Assembly: GCA_052426225.1 (NCBI GenBank)
Contig: JBNJNM010000011.1
Span: forward strand, 3,968,001-4,032,000
DNA length: 64,000 nucleotides
From: Zancudomyces culisetae HAW-14-8
Taxonomy: Eukaryota; Fungi; Kickxellomycota
Direction of reading: 5' to 3'
Position 1 is the stretch's first letter; each line of letters starts with the position of its first letter. Below are positions 1 through 9,888 of the stretch, piece by piece. Under the pieces are notes generated by a model. It was not told where the DNA came from and ran no database searches. It saw only the letters and a program-made list of their open reading frames with translations. The position numbers and the translations under genes were made by a program.

Positions 1-1
1 T

Positions 2-3000
2 GACTCCTTTCAACAAAAAAGTAACCCTAACAATTACCATCAGATGCAACGGGATGAGAGATGTATCCAAATTGACAGGCTTTCGTCTGACTTTGAGCTG
101 GTTTGTGAGACGAAATACCTTTCTGAAGATCTTGAAAAGCCCCCAAAACAGCAAAGCCTGTTGGGTAGATTAATCAAAAGTAGAACTGAGCCACCTACCA
201 CCAGAAAAGAGGAAAGATCCCAAAAGGTTTTGGTGAGGAGCAGAGCGCAAAGGAAAAAATCTAACACAAACATGGATGCCAGTGTGCATTCATACTTTTC
301 CGAGTTTGGTAAATCACATTATGGTAGTGGAGGATTGGGCGAGCTTGTTAGTAGAAGCAATTCTAATAGCAGCGGGCTTGGAAGCAGCAATTTTAATACA
401 TTGATAAACGAATTAGATAGCAAAGTTAAAACCTGGTTTTCTTCAGCTACTGGCACAGTCAAACAAAAACCTACAAGCGCTGGACCGGAAAAGGATAACT
501 ATGATATGTTTACTACTTTGGTTTCACAGGATTGCTATGAGAATCTCCTTCCCAAAACACCACTTTATAAAAGCAGAATGTCTACAGGCGAGGGTAAGCA
601 AGCATTTCCAAAACTCGATGATATGGATATCACCGACTCCCTGCCGTCTCCACAGAGTCAACCTACTTCTAACTATGCTTCCACAGAGAAGAACGCGAAA
701 CATGATTCAATCTCCAACGAATCGATGGTATTTTCTACAGGATTGAATGGTTCAATTGATCCATATGAAATGCGAAGAACTATTTTAAAGGATGGTGATT
801 ACGTTGGACATGGAATGGACTCATTTTTAGGTGGTAACAAAAATTCAAACCGAAAAAATTCGTCCTATAGCATTAATTTCAACGTAAACAAAAACAGATT
901 TGGAATGATTGCCGAGCAGCCTTTTAAGCTCAACAGTAACAATCTTCCTGCTTTTGAAAATATGCACTCTATAGTACACGAACGCAGACCATCAGCTCAT
1001 AAACTCCTCCATACAAGATCTGCATCCAATGACCAACAATCCCAAAAACAGTCATCCAAACCTGCTTTAGAGGTAAAGATAGGCGAGGGTGGCGCAGAAA
1101 GTTCAAACATGTATTCATCATTTGCTGACCTACCACAGAATAGTCCTCAGCGAACCTCGCCCAGAGGGAAAGATATTCCAGCTAAGCTTGGCTCAAAATC
1201 TGTGTGTGATCTCAAGTCTAGATGTAAAGTGGAGACAACTATGAATGCAGGGCTTTATCCCATTACCAGATCTATTTCAAATCAACTAGTCCGCGCCCAG
1301 ATATCAAACAACAAAGGAGGTGATAGTTTTGAGGTTTCCAATGAATACTGGTACCTTGAACCCGAATATACGCAAACAGAACTGGATATAATTGATGGCA
1401 AGCTTATGGGTGGGACAATAAGGGCACTGGTTGAGCATCTAACACCACATAACACCACTGCCGACTCAGAGTTTGTAAATGCATTTTTGCTGACATTCCG
1501 TAGCTTCTGTACACCTTTAGAATTGCTCAATCATCTAATCAGAAGATTTAATATGGAGCCACCGAATGAAATTTCTGGAGATGCCGATAAACTCCAAACA
1601 TGGAGACTCAAAAAGCAGACTCCAGCACGATTAAGAGTTTGCAACGTACTCAAATCCTGGCTAGAAAGCTACTTCTACCCTGCAAGAGACTTCTACATTA
1701 TCCAGGAGTTTGAAGCCTTTATCAATAACTTTCTTATAACCAACGGTCAAAAATCTTCAGGTGTGCGGATGTTGGAACTAATTAAGGAGATTTATGCTGA
1801 ATATAACATATCTGGAACCGTATCATTTACCAACCGTTCCAAGGCTATAGATCGGATGCTCCGTTCAAAATTTGCAAATATGGCAAGTCTCCCTCCTCCA
1901 CCCAGCCACCGTCTATCCAAACGTGTTACCTCTCTGCTTGTCAAAAACAAACCTGTAAACCTTCTTGAAATCGACCAGTTGGAGCTTGCTCGGCAGCTGA
2001 CTGTGTGTGATTCAATGCTGTTTTGTTCCATTAGACCATATGAGCTGATTGATAGAAAAATCGCCAGATCCACCGACTCGCTGTGCCCGCCCAGCGTCAA
2101 GCTGATGTCATCTATTTCAAATAAAATAACACACTGGGTTATAATGTGCGTTCTTTCCGAAAACTCAGCAAAACAGCGTGCTGTTGTCTTGAAATACATG
2201 ATAAATGTTGCCTACCATTGTTTCCTACTCAACAACTTCAATACTCTATTTTCTTTTGTTAGTGCCTTCAACTCAAGCTTTTTGTCCAGGCTTAAGCTTA
2301 CGTGGTCGTTTTTGGGATCAAAATATAACTCTATGCTTTCTGTGTTGCAGAAAATCACAGACTCCTCACGAAATTATTGTGTTTACAGGAACTATCTTCA
2401 ATCGACTTCCCACGCTTTACCATTTTTAGGAATTATTCTCACCGATTTGACCTTTGCAAATCACGGAAATCGTAACTTTAGACACGAAAACTACCCTCCT
2501 CCACTCCAGTCTGCCACCTCTACGGCCTCCTTTACCATTCTCCCTTCTCTTTCCTCCCCCATCTCGCCTACAAACTCTGGCACCCTCACCCCTATTTCCA
2601 CACCCATTTCCACTCCAATCTCTGCCTCAACATCGTTTCCTATTTTATCTCCAAACAATAATGACAACTTAAACAACGACTTATTAGATTTGCCTAAACT
2701 ATCCAAAAATGCCCTGGGCTCTTTCTTTATTTCCTCTGACTTTACTGATCTTATTTCTTCTGAAAACACCGATTTCATGCTGACAGACCCAATCCTATCA
2801 CCTGACCCTGACCCTGAGTCTCCTGAAACGCCCGACCTATCTGATCTTCTAACCTCGTCCTCCAACCTTCCCATGATTAACTTTTCCAAATATACACGCG
2901 CTGTATCTATAATTCAATCGGTTCAGACTTTCCAGGTGCCCTATAATTTGACAATGATTACAGAAATCGTTGAATACCTCCAATTCTCCTTGAACCTTGC

Positions 3001-3073
3001 CGAGTCTCATTGGGATGATGAAAAATATTACCAGCGCAGCCTGTTATTGGAACCAAAATCATCCAATAAATAG
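2..3073 (+). CDS. Ras guanine-nucleotide exchange factor (REM + CDC25 domain), probably 5'-truncated by the window
   Basis: REM motif GGTIRALVEHL...FVNAFLLTFRSFCTPLELL and RLRVCNVLKSW; CDC25 motifs ELARQLT, LNNFNTL, LPFLGIILTDLTF, INFSK; ends SLLLEPK. The frame is open from position 2 (DSFQQKSNPNNYHQ-M44), so the true start may lie upstream. Confidence 0.9.
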   Translation, partial: DSFQQKSNPNNYHQMQRDERCIQIDRLSSDFELVCETKYLSEDLEKPPKQQSLLGRLIKSRTEPPTTRKEERSQKVLVRSRAQRKKSNTNMDASVHSYFSEFGKSHYGSGGLGELVSRSNSNSSGLGSSNFNTLINELDSKVKTWFSSATGTVKQKPTSAGPEKDNYDMFTTLVSQDCYENLLPKTPLYKSRMSTGEGKQAFPKLDDMDITDSLPSPQSQPTSNYASTEKNAKHDSISNESMVFSTGLNGSIDPYEMRRTILKDGDYVGHGMDSFLGGNKNSNRKNSSYSINFNVNKNRFGMIAEQPFKLNSNNLPAFENMHSIVHERRPSAHKLLHTRSASNDQQSQKQSSKPALEVKIGEGGAESSNMYSSFADLPQNSPQRTSPRGKDIPAKLGSKSVCDLKSRCKVETTMNAGLYPITRSISNQLVRAQISNNKGGDSFEVSNEYWYLEPEYTQTELDIIDGKLMGGTIRALVEHLTPHNTTADSEFVNAFLLTFRSFCTPLELLNHLIRRFNMEPPNEISGDADKLQTWRLKKQTPARLRVCNVLKSWLESYFYPARDFYIIQEFEAFINNFLITNGQKSSGVRMLELIKEIYAEYNISGTVSFTNRSKAIDRMLRSKFANMASLPPPPSHRLSKRVTSLLVKNKPVNLLEIDQLELARQLTVCDSMLFCSIRPYELIDRKIARSTDSLCPPSVKLMSSISNKITHWVIMCVLSENSAKQRAVVLKYMINVAYHCFLLNNFNTLFSFVSAFNSSFLSRLKLTWSFLGSKYNSMLSVLQKITDSSRNYCVYRNYLQSTSHALPFLGIILTDLTFANHGNRNFRHENYPPPLQSATSTASFTILPSLSSPISPTNSGTLTPISTPISTPISASTSFPILSPNNNDNLNNDLLDLPKLSKNALGSFFISSDFTDLISSENTDFMLTDPILSPDPDPESPETPDLSDLLTSSSNLPMINFSKYTRAVSIIQSVQTFQVPYNLTMITEIVEYLQFSLNLAESHWDDEKYYQRSLLLEPKSSNK

Positions 3074-3329
3074 TTTTTATCCTCTTCCCCCCTTCCTCAA
3101 AGGATTGAGTATACTGTATTTATATTATTTTTTCTTTTTGTACTATTCTGAAATGCTGTTAAATAAACTACAGTTTTGTATTTCGTTTTTGAAAGTTGCA
3201 ATACATACGTTAAACTCTAAAATGGATGAAGAGATTTTTCGGATTCGACGAGAGTAAAGCAGCAAGAAGTGTACTACTATAACTATACACTCTAAACGAC
3301 AAAGTCTAAAGCTTCGAAGGGGTGAGTAA

Positions 3330-3890
3330 TTGGATTTACCTACAGCTTATACGTCCTGATTGGAATTTGATTTATGGCGACAGGGAGGATAAGAACAGGT
3401 GGGTTCTGAACAGCAGAGAGGCTGGCAAAGTTGGGAACAATAGATGAAAAGTTCAATACCAGGTGCCCATTTTGTAAAAAAAACAGCGCAGAAACCATTG
3501 AACACATGTTACTGGACTGTAGATACTGGACTGTTGTTAGGTATAAAACTCTGGAACGTATCACAGATGTGTCAATTATAGGAAGTGAGGAGAGAGGTAG
3601 TAGTGAAGGATGGCGAGATTTTTTTTTTAGGGCGACTCCTTGGAGGGGTGTCAAAAAGAATGGTTACTCTCCCCGTTAAGAAGAGAGAAACCGAAGCACC
3701 ATCTTTGGTTGAGCTGGTGACGGCACAATTTTTGGACGGAATATGTTGAACGAGGATGCAAATCTTAGACCGACTTAAGTCAGAAACAACCTCCTTGAAC
3801 CAACGCCCGGTGGGTATGGAGTCCCTAGAGCGACAGAGGGGAATTGGTTAGGTAGATATTTATTTAACAAGCTCATTGAGCAAAAAAAAT
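3330..3890 (+). mobile_element. Decayed 3' end of a non-LTR (LINE-like) retrotransposon
   Basis: Translates as GRIRTGGF*TAERLAKLGTIDEKFNTRCPFCKKNSAETIEHMLLDCRYW, a CxxC...H...C zinc knuckle typical of LINE ORF2 C-termini. It has in-frame stops and frameshifts, a short A run near 3882-3889, and no RT domain. Confidence 0.7.
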
Positions 3891-5221
3891 GCAGCAAGTC
3901 AAATCGGTTTTTTTTAGTTTCTTGGCCTACCACTAGAGGAGCCTGTATAAAGGTGTACTAGAATGCTTGCATGTTGTTTGTCTATTTGTTAAGATGAATC
4001 AATGCTTACATCTGGTGCGGAAAAGGTGCACCTGGGGCTTTCTAAAGTCAGCATTTAGACATCACCGGTTACTCGATTGCTATTCCTGTTTTCATCTTTT
4101 GGCGCTTGCTCAGCGCGATTTTTTAAGTCCAATAAATGACCGTTGTCAACAAATTGAATTAAAAGCCTGTATTATATTAGGTGATCCGAATAAACCATGG
4201 GAATTAAGCTATATATTACTCTCTTTTAACCATAATGCTCTGTAATAGGACATAAGTCTATTATTACCATTGTTTGTTTGTGGGATAAGCTTTTTTTGTG
4301 CAATCCAAATAGCGTAGACCTTGTTTTCCTGGGGATTCACAGCTTGGGTTTACTAGTAATTTTTTACCGCGTTCCCTAGTTTTCTTAAATCTCAGACACT
4401 TTTTTTTGGAAGAGAGGAGGGTTTAGGCATAGCCATCTTAGGCTTAAAACAAATGTTGCGGTTATTTGGTAATTTAAAATATCAACATCTACATCTGTTC
4501 AAGAATAACGGGAATAAAATGACAGTGCCGTTTTGAAAGCTCGCAGTATCGGATCTTTTTATCAGATTTTATTTTTTCCAGAAGCACCTCTGATCAGTGA
4601 TGCATATTTATTTCTATTCCTATTGTGTATTCTAAAGCCAATAACTTCATTTTTAGAATTACTTTTCATGATATGCCGGCTCGACTTTTTCATGTTATAA
4701 GTCAACACCATTGATAGAATAATCTTTTTGTTTGATTTGATTACATAAACGCTATTAATGTTTGCATGTTGTGTGATTTATAAATACCAAAGCTGCGAAA
4801 CTCAAAGGCGATGTAAAAAATAAATAAAAAAGAAAGGCCTACATTGTAAGTGGGTAATCATTATAAAACCACTTTAGCTATATCAGATATGATAAGATTC
4901 GCTAACCTAAAACGGTAAATATACTTAACTGCTTTCATAAAAGTCAATAATACACGCTCTACAAGCACCACTACATGGGAGATGCGTTTTGGCAGTGAAA
5001 AAGCCGACTAGAGCTAGATTATAAACGGTATATTACATAACTTGTTTTGGGTATTATGAAAATACAACCTAAATTTAGCTTGATATTGTTGAAGACTAGT
5101 GTGTTTTCTAGTCTTTACGAAGGAAGTGTGTTCATACAAGGCCCCATTAAAAATCTAGCATGCTGTTTCTTTAACAGAGCTTAAGAAGTAATATGGAGGG
5201 AAAAGTAGAGGGCAAAAAAAG

Positions 5222-5228
5222 TATAAAA
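5222..5228 (+). promoter_or_regulatory. Candidate TATA box of the Tyr/Gly-rich secreted protein gene
   Basis: TATAAAA about 140 nt upstream of the ATG at 5369. Confidence 0.4.
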
Positions 5229-5368
5229 CGTCCAGCATATCGCCGAAACAGGAAAAAAAAGCAACAGTTGAAGTTCCTCAAGTAACTCAAAGCATAATCA
5301 TAATCATTAGCATATAACATTTGTGCATTTAGCTACGCAAGACTCAAATTTGAATTCAGGTATCAAAA

Positions 5369-5788
5369 ATGGTAAAATCGACACTCGCACTCATCACAGC
5401 CGCAGTTGCCACATTGTCAGTGAATGCTGCATCCGCTCCAAGACCAAGAGCGAATGTTGGTCCCATGCATTCAGCGATGGGACAACCCCAGGACTTTATG
5501 AGGTTTGCTCCACCTAGTCGACCAGCTCTTAGCCGACGTTTCGTTGCACCAGCTTACCAAAAACGTGCTGACGAAGAGGAGGAGGAGGCTATTCCAGCTG
5601 ATGATGAGTCTGTTCAGCCAGTCGACGCCCCAGGAGACGGTAGCGATGCAGGAAATGGAACCGATGACCGTTGGTGGTACGGATATTACGGGTACCCATA
5701 TTATGGTGGTTACTATGGATATCCTTCCTATAGCTATGGTTATGGTTATGGTTACGGTTACGGGTACCCATACTATGGATACTACTAA
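5369..5788 (+). CDS. Secreted prepro-protein with Tyr/Gly-rich C-terminal core (139 aa)
   Basis: Signal peptide MVKSTLALITAAVATLSVNA; Arg/Pro-rich pro-region ending in KR; acidic spacer; C-terminal WWYGYYGYPYYGGYYGYPSYSYGYGYGYGYGYPYYGYY; good start context (AAAAATGG). Confidence 0.85.
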   Translation: MVKSTLALITAAVATLSVNAASAPRPRANVGPMHSAMGQPQDFMRFAPPSRPALSRRFVAPAYQKRADEEEEEAIPADDESVQPVDAPGDGSDAGNGTDDRWWYGYYGYPYYGGYYGYPSYSYGYGYGYGYGYPYYGYY

Positions 5789-6225
5789 CCTGAGATTTTC
5801 AGAGGCTTTTTCTATAGTACATGACCCTTTTTTGATTGTTTCTGTAGAAGTTAAACGTTTTTTTTTTTTTGAATAAACGTGCACCCTGCCTCAAAAGATT
5901 TGCGGTGAGGGCTTCACACTTATCAGCTGTTGGTACTGAGATCGTGTTGGGGGGTTGTGATGGTTTTGTTTTGCTTCCCGCTCATCCAGAGTACCTAGGC
6001 TTGTATAATTTTTTACTGCTTACGAACTGGTAAGTTGTTATCCTGGTGAATACCTGTCCTTTTGCAAGTTATGGAACTGCAAACGAAAATAACAGCATCA
6101 AAAAAGCTTCACGTCGTTTATTGGCTGTACTCCACAAAAAAAGTATACCCACGTATTTGTAAATAAATGCCCATTTTAGGCCAAGCAAAAACAATAATGC
6201 TAGTTAATAAAAATAATAACATAAA

Positions 6226-7581
6226 ATGGCAAACAAGGAATTGGCAAAAAAAGCAACCGATGCGGAAAAGCCTTACCAATCTCCCCTAGGAAAGCATGAG
6301 AGCGCAACACCATCCACCGAGTCCTTAAAGAGATTAAAGACAGATGATTCTTCTTCAGATTCCTTTCAGAATCCCAATGCGGTGGATGAAGAGGGTCACA
6401 AAACACTTTTGAGTGTTGAGATAAATGAGAGGTTAAAGGTGGAAGTAGGTGATTTTGTGTTGGTAAAAGACGAAAACAAATACAATGAGCCATTAATAGG
6501 ACACATATATGACTTGTACGAAGATCAGAATAGAAATCGCACCAGATTCGCGTACGTGTGCTGGTTTTTGAGACCGTGGCAGACAACCCACAAGATTAAC
6601 AAGTCATTTTATAAAAACGAGGTTTTTAAATCAAAGATTTTGGAAAAGATTGAAATCTCAAAGATTCTTGATAAGTGCATCGTGTACGACTTTAAGACTG
6701 CAACCACCGGATTGCCCAGAAAATTCTTGGAGGAAATGTCACTCGGCACTCCTACTGGCGAATGTGAAAAGAAGAGTGGTGCCGGGAATTGGGATGCGAC
6801 TGCAAATACCGGGAAAAAACTGCTATCGGGTAAAGGTGTATATGTAAAGAGGGCGCAGAGGCTGTTGGGCAACAAAATATTTGTTTGTGGATCTAGGTAT
6901 TGCGAAAAGACAAAGCAATTCAATTCAATCAAACAGTTTTCTAGGATCTTTCCATCATTTATTAAAGAAGAGAAAGTTGCAGATTTACTATTAGATATTG
7001 TGGAGTATGCAGACGGACCAAGAGTTCTTGAAAAAGTAAAAAGCGTGTTTGCTTGTGAGGAGCAAGCTGAGCACGGCGATTCAAAGGATTCGGTTTTTGA
7101 TTCGAATTCTGAGGCCGATACTCAAGCAGAATCAGAAGAAGAGCCGGTAAATGAAACGGGGGATGGAGATGGAGACGAAAGTAGAGAAAATTCTGAATCC
7201 ACAGAGGAAGGACGAGAATCCAGTGCACAGGTAAGCAGCTTTTCCCACTATTTTTATTTTGGAGAGGGGGCTGATTCCACATTCTTTATAATAAGTAAAC
7301 ATTTGTGCTTTTTTTAACGCATGTTTCTCTAACATTATTCTCCAAAACTATATAACCAGGATCTTCAAAATCAAAAGCCGAATACACCAGGAGTCGATAA
7401 TGCAACATCTGAACAAGGTGCAAAAGTTACACAAGAGTTTAGCTCTGACGTGGTGGCACTGTTTCCTACGGACAAGAATGGGAGAATTTTGTGGTTTGCG
7501 ACACCACCACTTTCTGCCGGATACAACCCAGTGCAGCACTCCAATACTTATCTCGAATATCTGAAAAGTAAATCCAAATAG
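6226..7581 (+). CDS. BAH-domain protein related to RSC1/RSC2, two exons (6226-7230, 7360-7581)
   Basis: BAH motifs VGDFVLV, PLIGHIY, CWFLRPWQTTHK, FYKNEVFKS, FVCGSRY. Phase-0 intron GTAAGC(7231)...CTAAC...CAG(7359). Exon 2 encodes FPTDKNGRILWFATPPL...HSNTYLEYLK, resembling the Rsc1/2 C-terminal motif. Confidence 0.75.
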
Positions 7582-9601
7582 TTCAGCTCCGTTTGTTTAT
7601 GTAAAAAAAAATAGGATGTGAAGGCTGATAGAACGGGTCGCGGCTTTTCACAAAATACACTCACTCTACCTTTTCACACAACTGCTGTGCTGACGTCATT
7701 TTGTACTGATATATTTCCACATTTATTATTCTATGTGTATATGAGCAGATTTTTGATCTGCTAACGGTATCTATTAGAAAAATTAAAAGGCTCCACTATT
7801 AAAGGATTAACAAAGAATACATGCTACGGTTATTGTACAACAAAAAAGAGAATAATAAATGTATGCAAACTGTTATATACGCTGGGATTTTTATAGTTCA
7901 TATTTCGAGGAAGCTGAGGATATAATCCAAATAAGTGTTTATTTTATCGTACATCTTTCCTTTTAGGTATGTATTCATGTAATCACATTCTCAAGATGTC
8001 CTTATAAGAGCTTGTGGGAAGCGGCTATCAAAACTCTGAAATATCCCTCCTAAATGGACTGAAAGGAGCTATTTTTGGGTTTCTTGGCCCTGTCTACACA
8101 GCAATGATAACAACTACAAGTACATCTGGCATAGCACCGTGTGTGAATATGTTCACATATTTCCCTACTTTTATTTTAGGAGGTAATAATTCTTTAGAGC
8201 AATTACAATTTTTTCCTTTCTGTATAATATGCAAAATGCCTAATCCAAGATACTCTATATTGATGCTTACAATTGCAATGAAATGCCTATCAGAATACAA
8301 AATATTTTGTAAACTACTACGATTAATACTTACCTTGTTTGTGTCAAGTACAACATTCTCGTTTGTTATTTTCTGTTACCACTGCAATACAATTCAACAG
8401 AAGCAGTATATATAATTTTATTTTTTTATAGCACGCACATCAATGCGATTACTGTGATTTATATATGTTCTACACCGATTATTACGATGGATAATTTGCT
8501 TTGATTCAGATATTTCTCATATATTCTAACAGCTTCGTGCCAGTTATACACGGCTTTGAGGTGGTCTCTGAACTTTATATAAACTCTTCATGGTTTATAG
8601 GCCAATCATTTTTATTTACAGCTCAGATGTGTTTGAACTAGATTTTACGCAGCAAAATAAAAATAGGCCATCAATGGAAAAGCAAATCGGACAAGCGAGT
8701 TATCAGAAACAAAGACCGTCTTGATGTCATTGAAAATGTGCATGTGTTTCGATTTACTGTATACCAGGTGACGCTTTATTGGTATGTACCAAAGTTTTGT
8801 AAAAAGCGCATATATTTGCAAGTTGGCATTTTCCCATTTCAGTTCACTATACAAAAAAAATACATTGACGGTGTTATTTGTGGCTCTGTTAATAGGTTTA
8901 TACTTTAACGTTTCATACCTTTTATTTGCTTAACTTGGTTAATAATGAAACAGAATAATAACACACCGATGAAATGCTATTCAGAACCTAGCAAAAACAT
9001 CTATTCTCAACACGTTCTGTTTTTTTCCAGGTTCCAAAGCGATCTATATATGGAAAGATAATAAACCAAAGCCTGTAGGAAAACCAATTCCCTTCTAAAC
9101 GTAAAAACCAAGGACCTTCCCATATAACTAAAATAAGTAAAGAAGAATACCAAAATAAGATCTGACTGTTTAATTTTGCAGTCCACTGGTGGGTTACCCA
9201 AGCTCCAACTATTTCCTAGAATTCCCACCGAATCTTTCATTGCAAAATTTGGATGTAGCTCTGTTGGTACAGACAAAAATGTCTTCAAAGTTACATATAA
9301 TCAATAGAAATTTAGGTTATCCTGCATGTACTTGCCATTTAATCTACTGAAGTATAGTGGAATCAAAGTGAGATTAATATCTTTAAACTATTAAATTGTA
9401 TGGTGCACCTAGTTTTGCTTTCCTGGTGCCGAATCACTTCAATCCTTCCCCTAAAAAAATAAGAGTATAGATCATACATGTTCCTAAGAATTCTTACGGT
9501 GTATAATATTGTTTTTCTGCATAAGTATTGATTAATTTGGTTTTTATATTACCGTTGTGTAGTGTTTTAGTGCCTTTGTTGTTTTTTTATTCGAAGAATA
9601 C

Positions 9602-9703
9602 AGGAAAAAGGAAAAAGGAAAAAGGAAAAAGGAAAAAGAAAAAAGGAAAAAGGAAAGAAAAAAGAAAAAAGAAAAAAGAAAAAAGAAAAAAGAAAAGGAG
9701 AAG
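9602..9703. repeat. Pure polypurine tract of (GAAAAAG)/(GAAAAAA)-like units
   Basis: About 100 nt containing only A and G on the + strand. Confidence 0.9.
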
Positions 9704-9888
9704 GCTAGGTTTTTTGATATAAAAGGGGATGTGTTATTTCTGACTTAACCTCCTTTCGCCAAAAATATCAAATAATATTATAAGCAGCATCTTCACTTCA
9801 ATAGATAAACGAAAATCATAAACTATAAATCGTAAACAATAAATCGTAAACCAACAAGAGTAAGGATCAAAGGTTAATGTAAACAAAA

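Noticed and set aside
7900-9300. Minus-strand fragments that look vaguely protein-like (e.g. FTHGAMPDVL, VYNWHEAVRIYEK); a tyrosinase pseudogene near the Tyr-rich gene was considered
   Set aside because: No conserved copper-binding His motifs or consistent exon chain could be assembled, so the identity is unsupported
9528-9722. 64-aa Lys/Arg-rich ORF
   Set aside because: Artefact of the polypurine repeat
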